64,000 nt of DNA from Isurus oxyrinchus (GCA_026770705.1 JANJGN010000055.1:2790001-2854000), one strand, 5' to 3'; shown: positions 14,406 through 27,533, counted from the stretch's first letter. Made by a program: numbers and translations. Notes: generated by a model from the letters alone, not told the origin.

Positions 14406-15700
14406 GGCAATTAAAATCCAATTTGGCCAGTCAAAAGTGGCCATTTTAAATCAACTGCAAGAGAATAACCATTATTTGTAATATCGGGTTGTTCGGCTCA
14501 CTGAGAAGCTGAAACATCAAACGCAGAGTCACAACCAAACACAAGAACATTTACACAGCACATGCAGGAGCAAAAATCTCAGCTGCTCATGTGATTGAAG
14601 ACCGTGTTCACGTCATTGAGTCTTCCATTAGTGAACTCAAAAATCAGCCTGGTGAAACCAAGAAGGATATGACCCAACTTGACTTACAGGCGAATGGAAA
14701 GAAAGACAGAGCTGCTGCTATCTGCAGAAGCGTCCATAACCGCACAAAGAGCTCGCCCGCAGAATCGTTTAGAAACTGCCAAGCACGCCCTGCAGGATAA
14801 CGAGTATGAGCTGACCAAGGCCCAATGTCAGCTGTTCGAGGCTGCAGCAAAATTCAGTGAGAAGTTAAAGTATTGCCCTGAACTGCACAACATCCTTAAA
14901 GAATCCAAGGGAAGCAGAAAATGGAATAAGTGGAAGCATAGCTTAAGAATGTGGAGTCTGACATTTCAAAGGTCGAGTGGAGTGAGGAACAAGCCCGCGG
15001 TGAGCGAAATAAGTTCCCAAAGTAGCACCCTGCTCAAGACAGACTAGGTGAAGGATTGAAATATCAACTCAGGGCAGAGAATGAAAAAGCTCACAAACAA
15101 GTCAGGCATAAACAGTTTGAGAGTGCAAGCAACGAAGTGGATATGCTGAAGAGATTGGTGTAGGGGGAAGAGTAGTCTGAGCGCAGCACCAGCCAAAATG
15201 AAAGAATCACTATAATCTTTGGAGCTCTTAAATTTACAAGAAACTGTTGAGCTGTATGAAAATGAAAGAATGCAACTGATACAGGGGATTGAACAACCTC
15301 AAAGAAAAGAACCTCAAGAAACACTACCTGAATAGACCACAATCAAAGATTTTCCAAAACATCAGGGACCAAAGGGTTACAGGCAATCATCGATCTAATG
15401 GAAACACATGGCAGACAACACCTTTCAAAATAACCAGTGTCAGGTCCATCAACAAAGTTAGGGAACATACCCTACGTAAATAAAGGGATAACCCATGATA
15501 CCTGAACATGACAATGAATCTATTCATAAAGGAAAGCACAGCAACAGTGCAAGCAAGAAAAGGAACAAGTGCAGAAAGTCAAACAAATAAAACATCGAAA
15601 ACTGCAACTTATAATCAAGAAAAGTCAAATCAGACCAGAACGTCAAAGATGATGCTACAAACCCTCCAAGTTTCGAAATGATTTTGGGGAGTCGTTATAT
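14406..15700 (+). pseudogene. EEA1: EEA1 processed-pseudogene fragment (internal coiled coil)
   Basis: KIQFGQSKVAILNQLQENNHYL*YRVVRLTEKLKHQTQSHNQTQEHLH / QEQKSQL / EDRVHVIESSISELKNQ / KTELLLSAEASITAQRARPQNRLETAKHALQD matches remembered EEA1 (KIQAGEGETAVLNQLQEKNHTL...LTEKLKNQSESHKQAQENLH...KTELLLSAEAAKTAQRADLQNHLDTAQNALQD). Intronless, with stops and frameshifts. The match is strong to about 14900; the right boundary is uncertain. Confidence 0.8.
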
Positions 15701-16839
15701 CTCCAGAATGTTTAGATCATTAAAGTCAGAAACTTAGGGCGTGAAGGGATAGTGCATAAATATTAATGTAAATATATTTCAGTAAAGGCTTGTGGGTGAT
15801 GCGGCATCATGTATTTTAGGAGTGTGATGGTTAATGTGGGATTCGATAAATAGGGCCATCCCCATGATAATCTAAATGAGTCTTATGGCTATTCCTAGTT
15901 TGGTAGAAGTTTGAATGGAGTAAGCTCAGCAAGTCTATATCTGTACACATATATATGATTATATTTAAAAATGAATAGTGATTGTTCAGACATACAAGAT
16001 TCTAAACCCTTTCTTAAAACATTATATAAACATACAACTTACCAGTCATTCTCGAGTAATATTTTCAGCGTTTGTGTAAATATCAGAAACAAATAAATGT
16101 GGAGGAGCATCGTTACCTCTACTCTAATTGTCGTTGATCACAAGTGCCAAAAGGACACTTTTATGTCTTGCAAGTGAAATGTTATCACTAGTATTGTAGA
16201 TACAAGGGCATTTCCAATGTGACTGTAGGCTATCACCTCAGACCCAAAGGAGAATTTCTATCTCCATCATTACTATAGAATGCCAACAAGATTGCAGCTG
16301 AATGATCACTTCTACTGTAAATGTTGGCCTCACTGGTACCAGTGGGTGATCGACACATTTCCTGTAAATTGAGGTGCCACGAGCACCTTGGGAACACAAC
16401 CACCTCTACAGTCGGTGTGTGCATACCACTATCACAGAAAAGACCGGAACATCTTTACCACATGATCTTGCTTACAATAGCACGAGAGGAACATGATTGC
16501 CTCTCGTGCGAATACAGTGCAACAAAAGTAAGGATAAACAGGCCCATAGCATGTATACGTGTAGTGGTCACACTCGCTCCAGAAGGCAGCAGTCGCCTCT
16601 ATTGTTGCGCATTTTATATCATCATGCTTATTGCCAGGTTTGTTTCACCATCTGATGTGCATGCGTTGAATAATCAGACCTAAGCCAGGGGCAAGGTCAT
16701 GACAATTCATGAAAGCGGAGTTACCTTGGCTAGCCCTGTGGAAATAGGTTCTGCACACGATCTAAGGGCTTATGTGGTATATATATATTTTTAAATAATC
16801 TGTCTAAGATGAGTGAAGGAACAACAATGCACATGATTC

Positions 16840-16930
16840 TATTGGTTAAACCAATGCAACTAACGTTATTTACGATTAAACTTGATTGGCTCCATGGGGA
16901 ACTGGTACATGGATAAATATGGCTCTCCTT
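16840..16930 (+). promoter_or_regulatory. Proximal promoter of GPCR gene 1 (CCAAT boxes, TATA-like GATAAATA)
   Basis: ATTGG/CCAAT at about 16841, 16851 and 16885; GATAAATA at about 16912. Aligns with the gene 2 upstream region. Confidence 0.5.
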
Positions 16931-16998
16931 CCATTAGCTCAGATGTGCGTCAGTCAATGCCTTTCAGGTCAGACAGAAATCATCCATTCTCAGAGAAA

Positions 16999-17068
16999 AT
17001 GGGGCAACCAGCTATTCTGATAATGAAAGACATGTACTACCCTTTCATTGCAGCTGTTGGTATCCCGG
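16999..17068 (+). CDS. GPR139/GPR142-like GPCR gene 1, coding exon 1
   Basis: ATG at 16999 reads MGQPAILIMKDMYYPFIAAVGIP, then donor G|GTGAGC at 17069. Phase-1 intron 17069-17460 ends TTTTTGCAG. Same 70-nt exon length as gene 2. Confidence 0.88.
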
Positions 17069-17460
17069 GTGAGCCTGTTTGTTGCTAACCGTTGATGACT
17101 GTTTTTCTCTTTATAATGCATGTTAGAAGTGATAATGTGTGTCCTCGATATCAGCAGTATAGACTATAAAGTTGGCAGAACAAGCTCATGAGTCCATGTT
17201 CTTGTTCGGATAACTTCAGTGAGGTTATAATGCTCTTTGAAGGCCCTACACAAGTATTTTAGTGGAGCTCAGGAGATTTTATTTTTAAATTTGTGTAGTG
17301 TGAGCACCACAGACGCTCAATAAAATATTAGTTGATCCCGCGGCAATGCCTCATATATTAATCTTAGACACGAAATGAAGAAAGATGTTCTAAACAGTTA
17401 TCTCCATATAGATTTCAAACCCTTCCTAAAGCATAAATTATCTCGTCTATCTTTTTGCAG

Positions 17461-18395
17461 CGAACATGGTGACAATCGGGATCCTTTCCCGCGGAAATTG
17501 CGGCCTTTCCAAGTGCATCTCAGTCTACCTGGTGGCCATGGCAACAGCAGATCTACTGGTTATGATCATCAATGTATTGGTGTATCGTATTTTAAGTTAT
17601 CATTTTCCGTTTTCATTTCTGTCCTACACTCCTGTGTGCAGGGTTATTATATACATGACTATCGTCACCTTTGATTTGTCTATATGGTTTACAGTTTCCT
17701 TCACATTTGACCGTTTTGTAGCTGTTTGTTACCAGAAGATTAAAGCAAGATACTGCACAGCGAGAAGTGCAGGTGTGGTTATAACAATTTTATCCTTTGT
17801 TACTTTTTTCAAGAACATTTGTTTTTTGTTTGCATACGAACCTCAGAAAATAATTAATAGGGTGCAATGGGGCTGTCAGTCAAGGGTAGATTTTTTTTCC
17901 TCAGCCCCAGGTATTGTGTTCGTCTGGTTTCAAAGCGCCTGGGTCGTTTGGCTCCCTTTTACTCTAATTGCCTTGTTTAATCTTTTAACTGTCAGATGTA
18001 TTTTAGTAGCCAATCGAACCCGTCGAGCGCTTAGAGGTCAAAGGAGTGAGAATCACACTGATTCAGAGATGGAGAACCGAAGGAAATCCATCATTTTGTT
18101 GTTCGCTGTATCAGGAAGCTTTATACTATTGTGGTTGACAGCTGCCGTGAGCTTTGTTTCGACCAGACTGACAAACACCACTTATTACCAGGGTGACCAC
18201 TCAGCCCCGCGATACATCGCCGTTGAAACTGGGGCTTTCTTGAAATTTTTGAGTTGTTTACAAAACCCGTGTATTTACACAGTAACCCAGAGAAAATTCA
18301 GAGAAGAGCTGAAGAATGTGGTGAAATCTCTCTGGTCACTAAAACGGACATTAGTTAGGAAATCTGTAAAAACAATTAAAAAAACTTGCCCATAG
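17461..18395 (+). CDS. GPR139/GPR142-like GPCR gene 1, coding exon 2 (about 334 aa spliced product)
   Basis: Splices in frame to ANMVTIGILSRGNCGLSKC. Hydrophobic TM segments with AMATADLLV (TM2), FTFDRFVAVC (DRY-like), ECL2 Cys (QWGC), SGSFILLWLT (TM6) and NPCIY (TM7). No internal stops. Confidence 0.93.
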
Positions 18396-18582
18396 CTTAC
18401 CTACAATTTCAACATTTTCTATCGTAGAACGACTTTGTTTTCAGAGTTGGAGAAAAATAGATGAAGTCTTTTGCACACGATTCTTTTTTTTCTTGTAACA
18501 GATGTTCGATATCTGCTGCTATTTTTATGGAAGCATCTTGAGTAATATTATTATTCCGTCTCAGCCACCTCCAAAACAAAAG

Positions 18583-18660
18583 AATAAAGGGATGTAAAAT
18601 GAATAGTTTGTTATCAATTTATTGACTATTGTATTTGAAGCAAGTTATTTGAAAAATAAA
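18583..18660 (+). terminator. Candidate polyadenylation signals of GPCR gene 1
   Basis: AATAAA at 18583 and 18655, 190-260 nt after the stop codon. Confidence 0.4.
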
Positions 18661-18711
18661 ATTGCCGAAACTTAAATTATATTAACCTGGTACTGAACAT
18701 TTAGTAATACA

Positions 18712-20610
18712 AACAAAAAACTGCGGATGCTGGAAATCCAAAACAAAAACAGAACTACCTGGAAAAAACTCAGCAGGTCTGGCAGCATCGGCGGAGAAGA
18801 AAAGCGTTGATGTTTGGAGTCCTCATGACCCTTCAACAGAACTAGGTGAATCCAAGGAGAGGTGTGAAATATAAGATGGTTTAAGGTGTGTGTGTGTGTG
18901 GGTGGGGGGGGAGGGGGTGGGGTTTGGGGTGGGGGGTGGTGGTTGGGTGGGGGGAGAGAAGTGGAGGGGGTGGTGTGGTTGTAGGGACAAACAAGCAGTG
19001 ATAGGAGCAGATCATCAAAGGATGTCACAGACAAAAGAAAAGAGGAACACAGAGGTGTTGAAGTTGGTGATATTATCTAAACGATTGTGCTAATTAAGAA
19101 TGGATGGTAGGGCACTCAAGGTACAGCTCTAATGGGGGTGGAGGGAGCATAAAAGACTTAAAAATATTTAAAAATAATGGAATTAGGTGGGAAAAGAAAA
19201 ATCTATACAAATTATTGAAAAAACAAAAGGAAAGGGGAAGAAACCGAATGGAGATGGGGATGGAGGAGGAGTTCAAGACCTAAAGGTGTCGAATTCAATA
19301 TTCAGTCTGGAAGGCTGCAAAGTGTCTGGTGGGAAGATGAGGTGTTGTTCCTCCAGTTTATCTTAGTCTTCACTGGAACAATGCAGCAAGCCAAGGACAG
19401 AAATGTGGGCAAGAGAGCAGGGTGGACTGTTACAATGGCAAGCGGCAGCGAAGTTTGGGTTATTCTTGCAGACAGACCGCCGGTGTTCTTCAATGCAGTC
19501 GCCCAGTTTACGTTAAGTCTCTCCAATGTAGAGGAGACCGCATTGGGAGCAACGAATACAGTAGATTAAGTTGGGGGAAATGCAAGTGAAATGCTGCTTC
19601 ATTTGAAATGAGTGTTTGGGCCCTTGGACGGTGAGGAGAGAGGAAGTGAAGGGGCAGGTGGTACATCTTTTGCATGGGCATGGGGAGGTGCCATACCTGG
19701 GGGTTGAGGAGTAGGGTGTGATGGAGGAGTGGTCCAGGGTATCCTGGAGGGAACAATCCCTTTGGAATGCCGACAGGGGGGGGTGGTGAAGGGAAGATCT
19801 GTTTCGTCTTGGCATCATGCTGGAGTTGGCAGAAACGGCAAAGGATGCTCCTTTGAATGTGGAGGCTGGTGGGGTTATAAGTGAGGACAACGGGGACCCT
19901 ATCATGTTTCTGGGAGGGAAGAGAAGGTGTGAGGGCAGATGCATGGGAGACGGGCCAGACACTGTTGAGGGCCTTGTCAATGACCCTGGGTGGAAAACCT
20001 CGTTTAAGGAAGAAGGAGGACATGTCAGAGGAACTGTTTGTGAAGGTAGCATCATCGGAACAGATGTGATGGAGGTGAATGAACTGAGCGAAGGGGATGG
20101 AGTTCTTTCAGGAAGCGGGGTGTGAGGAGCTGTAGTCGAGGTAGCTTTGGGAGTCGGTAGGCTTGTAATGGATATTGATGGACAGTCTAACACGAGAGGT
20201 TGAGACAGAGAGGTCAAGGAAGGGAAGGGAAGTGTCAGAGATGGACCACGTGAAAATGATGCAGGGGTGGAGATTGGAAGGAAAATTAATACATTTTTCC
20301 AAGTCCCGATGAGAGTGTGAAGCAGCACCAAAGTAATCATCGATGTACTGGAAAAAGGTTGTGGAAGGGGGCCGGAATAGGACTGGAACACGGAATGTTC
20401 CATATACCCCATAAAGAGACAGGCATAGCTGGGGCCCATGTGGGTACCCATAGCCACACCATTTATTTGGAGGAAGTGAGATGAGTTGAAGGATAAACTG
20501 TTCAGTGTGAGAATAAGTTCAGCCAGATGGAGCAGAGTAGTGGTGGATGAGGATTGTTCAAGGAAGAAGCTGTGGTCCCTCAGACCATCCTGTTAGGGGA
20601 TGGAGGTGTA
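18712..20610 (-). mobile_element. Penelope-like (Poseidon-type) retroelement, 5'-truncated, RT C-terminus plus GIY-YIG endonuclease
   Basis: AMGTHMGPSYACLFMGY, YKPTDSQSYLDYSSSHP, FLKRGFP and NLIYCIRCSQCGLLYIGET (GIY-YIG), frameshifted. The 3' terminal repeat carries a hammerhead-like core at about 18812-18845. Confidence 0.9.
18812..18845 (-). ncRNA. Degenerate minimal type I hammerhead ribozyme core
   Basis: agtt-CTGTTGA-a-gggtc-atgag-gactc-CAAA-ca-TC-aac: CUGANGA/stem II/GAAA layout, with core mutations. Confidence 0.55.
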
Positions 20611-21254
20611 GAGGGAAAGTATTTGGCTGAACACTTGCAGGTGGTATAAACGAATCTTTGAACATTCACAAAGGACCCCTTGCGCAACACTCATGTACAA
20701 ATTCTTAACCACTCGGTCACCACACCTCGACAAATGCAACCTTGTTACATGAATTAAATTATCGCTGCAAAATATCAGACAATTGTCGGGGATCACTCAT
20801 GCAGCACCTTTGCGTTTTAAGCCGTTTTCTAATCTCCTAGTCCATGCGGAAATGAAACTCGAATCTGTGTTGTCTCATTGAATGCGCATTAAATGTTGTT
20901 CCACAATCCAGCTTGACACTATCATCTTATGAATTATTTCTCCTCATGTCCATATTGAATCTGATTAGCAAACCAAAATTAGAGAAGAAAAAGATGGTGG
21001 ATTTTAGGAATCTGAATGAAACAAATAGAATACTCTGGATATACCGAAGCGGATCAGTGAGCACCTGTGCAGAAAAAAAAAGACAGACTTTTAATCAGAA
21101 CGGAAGAAATATATAAATATAACAGGTTTGAATCCAGTGGAACGCTGGAGGGTGACGAGCAATAAAAGCGAACATTTGTTAGGACAGGAGGCAAAAGTGA
21201 TCATGACACATACATCAAAGAGTGTTGAGATGGGAAAACGACAGGTAAGATTTA

Positions 21255-21825
21255 TACAGGGCACAATTCACCTTCAACTGGCGTATCCCATCTAGTTTTG
21301 GACGCTGCGCTATAGGAAGGATGTGAAGGGATTGGAGAGAGTGCAGAAAAAGATTCATGGGAATGGTTCATGGGGTGAGGAACTTCAATTATGAAGGTAG
21401 ATTGGATAAGTTGTGCTGCTTTCCTGGGAGAAAGGAAGACTGAGGTGAGATTTGGAAATGTATTGAAAATCACGAGGAGTCTGGACAGTGTTGATGGGGG
21501 AACGTGTTCCCACAGTTGAAAAGTTCGGGAAGGAAAGAGCACAGATATAAAATATTTGGTTTAATAATATAAAATCAACATGAAGATTTTTTTTTCTGGC
21601 AGCAAGTGGGTAAATTCTGGAATTCTCAGGCTGAGAATTTGGTGGAGACCAGTTCCAATGAACCATCAAAAATGGAATTAGACAGTTATATGAAAAGGAT
21701 GAATGTGCAGGATTACGGGCAGACGGTGGAGAACGGCACTGAGTTAATTGCTCATTCGGAGAACTGATGCAGGCACGATGGGTCCAAAGAATTTCCCCTG
21801 CACTTTAACATTTCTGTGATTCTGT
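21255..21825 (+). mobile_element. CR1 LINE 3' fragment
   Basis: YRKDVKGLERVQKRF; tail CACGATGGGTCCAAAG…ATTTCTGTGATTCTGTG. Confidence 0.75.
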
Positions 21826-23645
21826 GAGTATAGTATATAAAACGAAGATGTGTCCAGATGAGGTGGTGAATGGCAGCACAACAATCGGCCAAATGTAACA
21901 TGGAAAATAAAGAAAGAAACGTGGCAAAACTAATCCATAAAATAAATTTAAAAATACAGACAAGAAGCAACATGGAGGCAGATGTTGTGATTTAACTTTG
22001 CTGAATTAAATGTTGAATCCAGAAGACTGTGGAGTGCCAGTTGGAAGATAAGTGGTTGCCAGCGTACTTTGCTGCTGTTGGGGTCATTTAGTCCCTAGAA
22101 CATGTTCAATGATGTTGTGTCTGATTGGCGGCTAACCTCATATGCTCTTCTTTGCCTCAGCTTACTTAATATCCTCCTTTAACAAAGCTCTATGAATCTA
22201 AGATTGAAACTACAATAACAGATCAAGCATTAGTTTTCATGTACAGAAGGGATCTCTGAAGTTCCAGGAACTTTTGCATGTAGAATTGCTTACTAATTTC
22301 CATTCTGGAATCTCTGGTTTTAGTTTTTGTTACTGTGACCCTTAGTCCAAGATTCCCAGGCAACAGAAATAGGCCCTTCACTGACCTTAGCTGTCACCCT
22401 TATCATCCTGGGAATTTGAATAAAATCACTCCTTCAGTCGCGATAAAGCCCATCATTAAAGAGGCAAACCATGGCTTAAATGTTTCACAGTACAAAATCT
22501 AATGAGAGTAGAACTGATCATGGTAACGAAACAAAATACGTGTCTCTTATTGTATGAGCTCGGGGCTGATCAGTGACTTCCTCCACATATTGCTTAACAG
22601 CTTCGTTTAAATAAACTCTTTGAATCTCAGTTTTAAATTAATTCAATGGGTTAAACATTAATTGCCATTTTCTTCAGTTCTAACACCATTTGAGCGTAGA
22701 ATTCCTCCCGAGTTAAAATCTGTAGCTTTTATTATTTGGCTGTGGACCAGTCAGCAGCAATAGCTTTTGGACTGATCTTACCTGTTAATTTTAACCTTAC
22801 AAAAAGTTACTTTAAACCCTTCTTGCAATAACGAAGAAGAAATTTCGTAAAGGGACAGTCAGTGGATTAAATGTAGGGGCTGAACTGTGGTTTAGTATCG
22901 GGAATCGAAGAGGGTTAGGAGGAGTTCTAGAGACAAGCGAGAATACAGAGGAAGAAAACTGAAAGATTCGCGAGGAGGCAAACTGAGGAATTCGAAAGGC
23001 GTTCATAATTTTCATTTGTTGTTCAAAGAAAAGCTCCAAAAGAATATGCCAAGGAAATACTGATTATTGAAGAGAGCCGAAAATAGAACTGAAATTCGAA
23101 GAGTTATTGTGTTTACTGAGGGAGAGGTAATGGGATAAATAAAGAAATTTAGCAATGGGCGGATGAATGCCAGAATCCCGAATAGTTGCCGCCCGAAAGC
23201 AGAGGAAAGGAAAGGGGGAAAATAAATTTTAAGAAACAAAAGCAAATAGTGGCAGATGTTGTAATGTAAATTACTCTGTCATTTTAGGTTTACAGGATGC
23301 ACGTTTACTGTCAGATTATTAATCTGTCTCGTTACTCATTACTAAATCGAATATGGCCTGTTCCTCTCGGTTTTAAAGTATCTTCTTTCAGAAATCCGTC
23401 CTGATTCAAGCTACCAATTCATTAAGTTCACAGAAATTCCGATTCAGCCCAGTAGGTGAACGAAACAGTTTCTGTGTTAAGGCACTCGGCAATGTGCGAA
23501 GCGCCCTTCCTCTCAGTGATTTCTCATTTCTCTGAAAAAAATGCTTTTCTCTGACTCTGCTTATCGCTTACAGCAAACCTTATCGGTACCCTGTCTCCTA
23601 CTCTATGGCCAATTTTACGTGTTCCTTTGCTTTGTAACAAATCTT

Positions 23646-23716
23646 CTTCCCGTTGGAGAATTGCACCCTAAATCCCGTGTGACAGGCAGGGGTGCTAACT
23701 ACTATAGTATAGAGAA
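23646..23716 (-). pseudogene. tRNA-Asp(GTC) pseudogene
   Basis: CTTCCCGTTGGAGAATTGCACCC…GTGACAGGCAGGGG…ACTATAGTA matches the tRNA-Asp reverse complement. Anticodon retained, B box damaged. Confidence 0.7.
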
Positions 23717-25927
23717 ATGCATTAACTGCCAGAAAGAGTAGAGAAATCCAGGATTTAATACAGGCACCAACTGATATCATATGAAAATGAAGTGGCGGCC
23801 CAATCTTTCCAGGAAGTAGCCACTAACTGTGGAGGGGCTGCGGCTTCCTTCAGTTATATAGGAGTGAGCCGATAATGATGACAGGTTTCCTGCTCTAAGA
23901 GAACCGATTGTGTTACAGTTCTAAACTCAAATTTATTTGGTTACTACTTGGTTCACGGACCTGGGAGTTTGTTGATTTCAAACCACTCAAAACAGAAATC
24001 ATAAGCTCTGGACAGAATTTGCGGTGCGGTATTTCTCTGAAAGCAAAGCGTGTAGCTCAAAAAGAAATATTTCGAACCTCCACTTATCTTGCATTTAAAA
24101 CGTAGCCCAGGTTTACCCCTTATTGCTGATAATGGTCGTTTTCCCTGAAGTCAGTGTGGAGCCCGGGTAGAATTACTCGAATTCAGTCAAATTTACTGAT
24201 TCTCTGAATCTTTCCGCTCTGCTGTTTACCATTCGTTATTCGAACATCGATTCCCGCACATGGATTATTCTATTGTTCAGAAAGCGAGACACAGCTCACG
24301 CTGAGAATCTGAAATAATAGCAGAAGGTGCTGGGAACAATCAGCAGGTCCGGCAGTAACTGTGGAGAGGGGAAGGGAAGATTTGCATTTCAGACCGAAAG
24401 ATGACTTAAAGAATAAACCCACTAACCAAAACTTGAAAACTCTCTGAACTACTGAGTTTTCCAATATTTTCGTTTATTCAAAGTTAATTATTTCTGTATT
24501 ACATTCTTTCCAGTTTGAATATTTTCTGTGAAACATTTAACATTCCACTGCGATAGTTCTATATTTATGTTTTGTTTGTAATAGTGTGGATCACATCCTG
24601 AAAAGCAGACTTTGAAATCCTGTTCAGTCTAGAGTACAATGTAACTGGGAAAATTCGCTTATATCCAAAAAATTAATGGAGCTTATCTTTGTTATAATGA
24701 TGAATAGGTGGTTTGATTGTTCAGTCTAAGTGTGAAACATTATACGCGCAGAACTTACAAACAGAATCTATTCCCGCATTTTTCTTGCTTCTTTAAAAGA
24801 GTTCAGTGTTGGTCCCTTGGTACATCTCAACGATTTGAATTTGGCCGTATTGATAATGAGGAAGACGTCTGTACACTGAAGGAGGGGATCAGAAATCAAG
24901 CAATCAGAGCGGACACAAAAACACAGTGACATTATTATAACCCGTCAGCCCCTTTAACACACACTCTCTGATACAAGGTCACATTTGCACATTCACAGGG
25001 CAAACTGTTCATCAGATTGCGAGCTCCCGTGATAGGCTTCCCTCTCTGCTCAGCCTGTGCTGTGGATTCTCTGGGGTGAGTTGCAGTTTCCCAGCTCTTC
25101 CCACAGTGTCTGTTCCCCATATTCAGGGCCCAAGATCAATCACAGTTGGATTAATCAAGATTTGATTCTGCGTAATTAAATTATTGACAAGCAAAAATAT
25201 GCTTCAAAAATATGGAATACAAATTATGTGCTCCGGTACTTCAGTAAAAAACACTCCACTTTGTTTTACGGCACAAAAAAGAAAATAGAGAGAGGGCGGG
25301 TCGGGAGACTGAGTCAGAGTGAGCTCGGGCGCTGAGACACAGACAGTTCAGACAATGTATAAGTTCCAAAAAAGCCATTACTCATTAATATTAACCCAGG
25401 TACAGATATAGCATTAATCTCACACTGAGGGGCAGGGCCAGTGAGTGATCCAATACTTAACCCTCCCTTGCAAATCATTTTCTCTGCAGCGTTGCAGCTC
25501 AGGGTCGCTGGGTATTGCTCTCATTAACAGAAAGTTTCACGCTGATTAAATGAATCTGGGACTGTTTCTGTCAGATATTTTCCATTGCACGATCTCAGCA
25601 AACTCGCCAACTCACTCACCCCTCCCATGTTTCTGGAGGATTGCTTGGTAAAGAGGGGCTCGTGAACCGTAAATCCCCTGCAGGAAATGATCCCAATTTG
25701 GGCTTCCTAAAGGGAAAAGCAACAGTTTTCAGTATTCTCTGTCTAGTCCCCCGCTCCCTCCCACCCCACCCCCCAACTCCAATCCCCAACTCTTTTGTTC
25801 AGATACTGATCAAAGTGAATTTGGAGAGCGCTGAATTTTTTTTGCTGATTTACGGCAGAATTCCACAAGTTCAGGATATAATTCAGCCCCAACGGTGTTT
25901 GCTGGTGAGTCATAAAGTGGCAAAGGT

Positions 25928-27253
25928 ATTATCAATCTCACACTCCTAGATAGAACCAGTGACTGATGTTTACAGATTCAATCTCATACTCCCAGATAGT
26001 GCCTGAGACTGGTATTTACAGAATCAATCTCGCACTCCCAGATAGTACAGGAGACTGATATTTACACAATCAGTCTGACACCCCAAGATAGTACCAGAGA
26101 CTGATATTTATAGAATCAATCTCACACTCTCAGATACTGCCAGAGACTGATATTTACAGAATCAATCTCATACTCCCAGATAGTACCAGAGACTGATATT
26201 TACAGCATCAATCTCACACTCTCAGATACTGCCAGAGACTGATAATTACAGAATCACTCACACACTCCCAGATAGTACCAGAGACTAATATTTACAGAAT
26301 CAATTCCACACTCCCAGACAGTGTGAGAGACTGATTTTTACAGAATCAATTCAAACCCCGGGATAGTACCAGAGATTGATATTTGCAGAATCGATCTTAC
26401 ACTCACAGATAGTATCAGAGACTGATATTTACAGAATAAATCCTACTTTCACAGATACTATCAGAGAATGATGTCTACAGAATCAATTCCACACTCATAG
26501 ATAGCACCAGATACAGACATTTACAGAGTCAATCCCACACTCACAGGTAGCACCAGAAAGTATGATATTTGCATAATCAGTCCCAAACACAGAGATATTA
26601 CCAGGGACTGATATTTACAGAATCAATCTCACAGTCGCAGATATTACCAGAGACGGATATTCACAGAATCAATCTCAAAGTCGCAGATAGTGCCAGAGGC
26701 TCATATTTACAGAATCAATCCCACACTCGCATATCTTATCATAGACTAGTATTTACAGCATCAACCCCACACTCACAGATAGCACAAGAAAGGCTGAAAA
26801 TTACAGAATCATTCCCGCATTCACGGATCGTGCCAGAACTGATATTAACATAATCAATCCCACACTCATAGAGAGTACTAGGGACTCACATTTGCAAAAT
26901 CAAACCCACATTCACAGGTGGTACCAGAGACTGATACTTGCAGAGTCAATCCCATACTCACAGATAACACCAGAGACTGATATTCACAGAGCCAATACCA
27001 CACTCACAGATAGCACGAGAAAGCCTGCTTTTACAGAGCCGGTCCCAACCTCAGGGATAGTGGCAGTAAGACTGATATTTGCAGAATCGATCCCACACCC
27101 ACAGCAAGTGCCAGAGACTGATGTTAACCTAATCAATCCCACAGTCATAGATCGTACCAGAGGCACACATTTACAGAATCAGTTCCACTCTCACAGGTAG
27201 TATCAGAGATTGATATTTACAAAATCAATCCCACACTCATAGATATTACCAGA
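25928..27253. repeat. 46-bp minisatellite, about 29 copies
   Basis: Unit CAGAGACTGATATTTACAGAATCAATCTCACACTCCCAGATAGTAC; period confirmed at 26101, 26147 and 26193. Confidence 0.95.
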
Positions 27254-27533
27254 AACGGGATGCACTGTTGATGGGACAATTCAATTTCTGAAGTTCAAAA
27301 AAACTGTTTTTTTGCGGGTGAAAAAAATTCTGAAATCTCAAATTAAAATTGAAACAATGTCAGTTAATTTAGAGAAGGTTCCCCGTCATCTTCCTAGTCT
27401 CACTCTGAGATAACCGAAGGATAACGACAGACCTTCCTGTCCCACAGTTGCCAGTTAACTTGATTTCCATATGAATTTGTCAATATCTGAAGTAAACTTC
27501 AGGTTTCTACACATTTTTCACAAGCTACTGCCT

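Noticed and set aside
16480-16509. Perfect 10-bp hairpin GCACGAGAGG/CCTCTCGTGC
   Set aside because: Roughly one such hairpin is expected by chance in 64 kb.
16882-16998. Longer N-terminus for GPCR 1 from upstream in-frame ATGs
   Set aside because: These ATGs overlap the TATA-like promoter region, and gene 2 supports a start at 16999.
22810-23240. Hydrophobic minus-strand ORFs suggesting a NUMT
   Set aside because: The plus strand reads like degenerate CR1 ORF2 (IVFTEGEVMG*IKKF…); no mitochondrial motif.
24910-25140. Ig/TCR RSS heptamers (CACAGTG) and a leader-like exon
   Set aside because: No nonamer at 12/23 spacing and no V exon found.
25928-27253. CRISPR-like array or repetitive ORFs
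   Set aside because: Contiguous tandem units without unique spacers, in a eukaryotic context.
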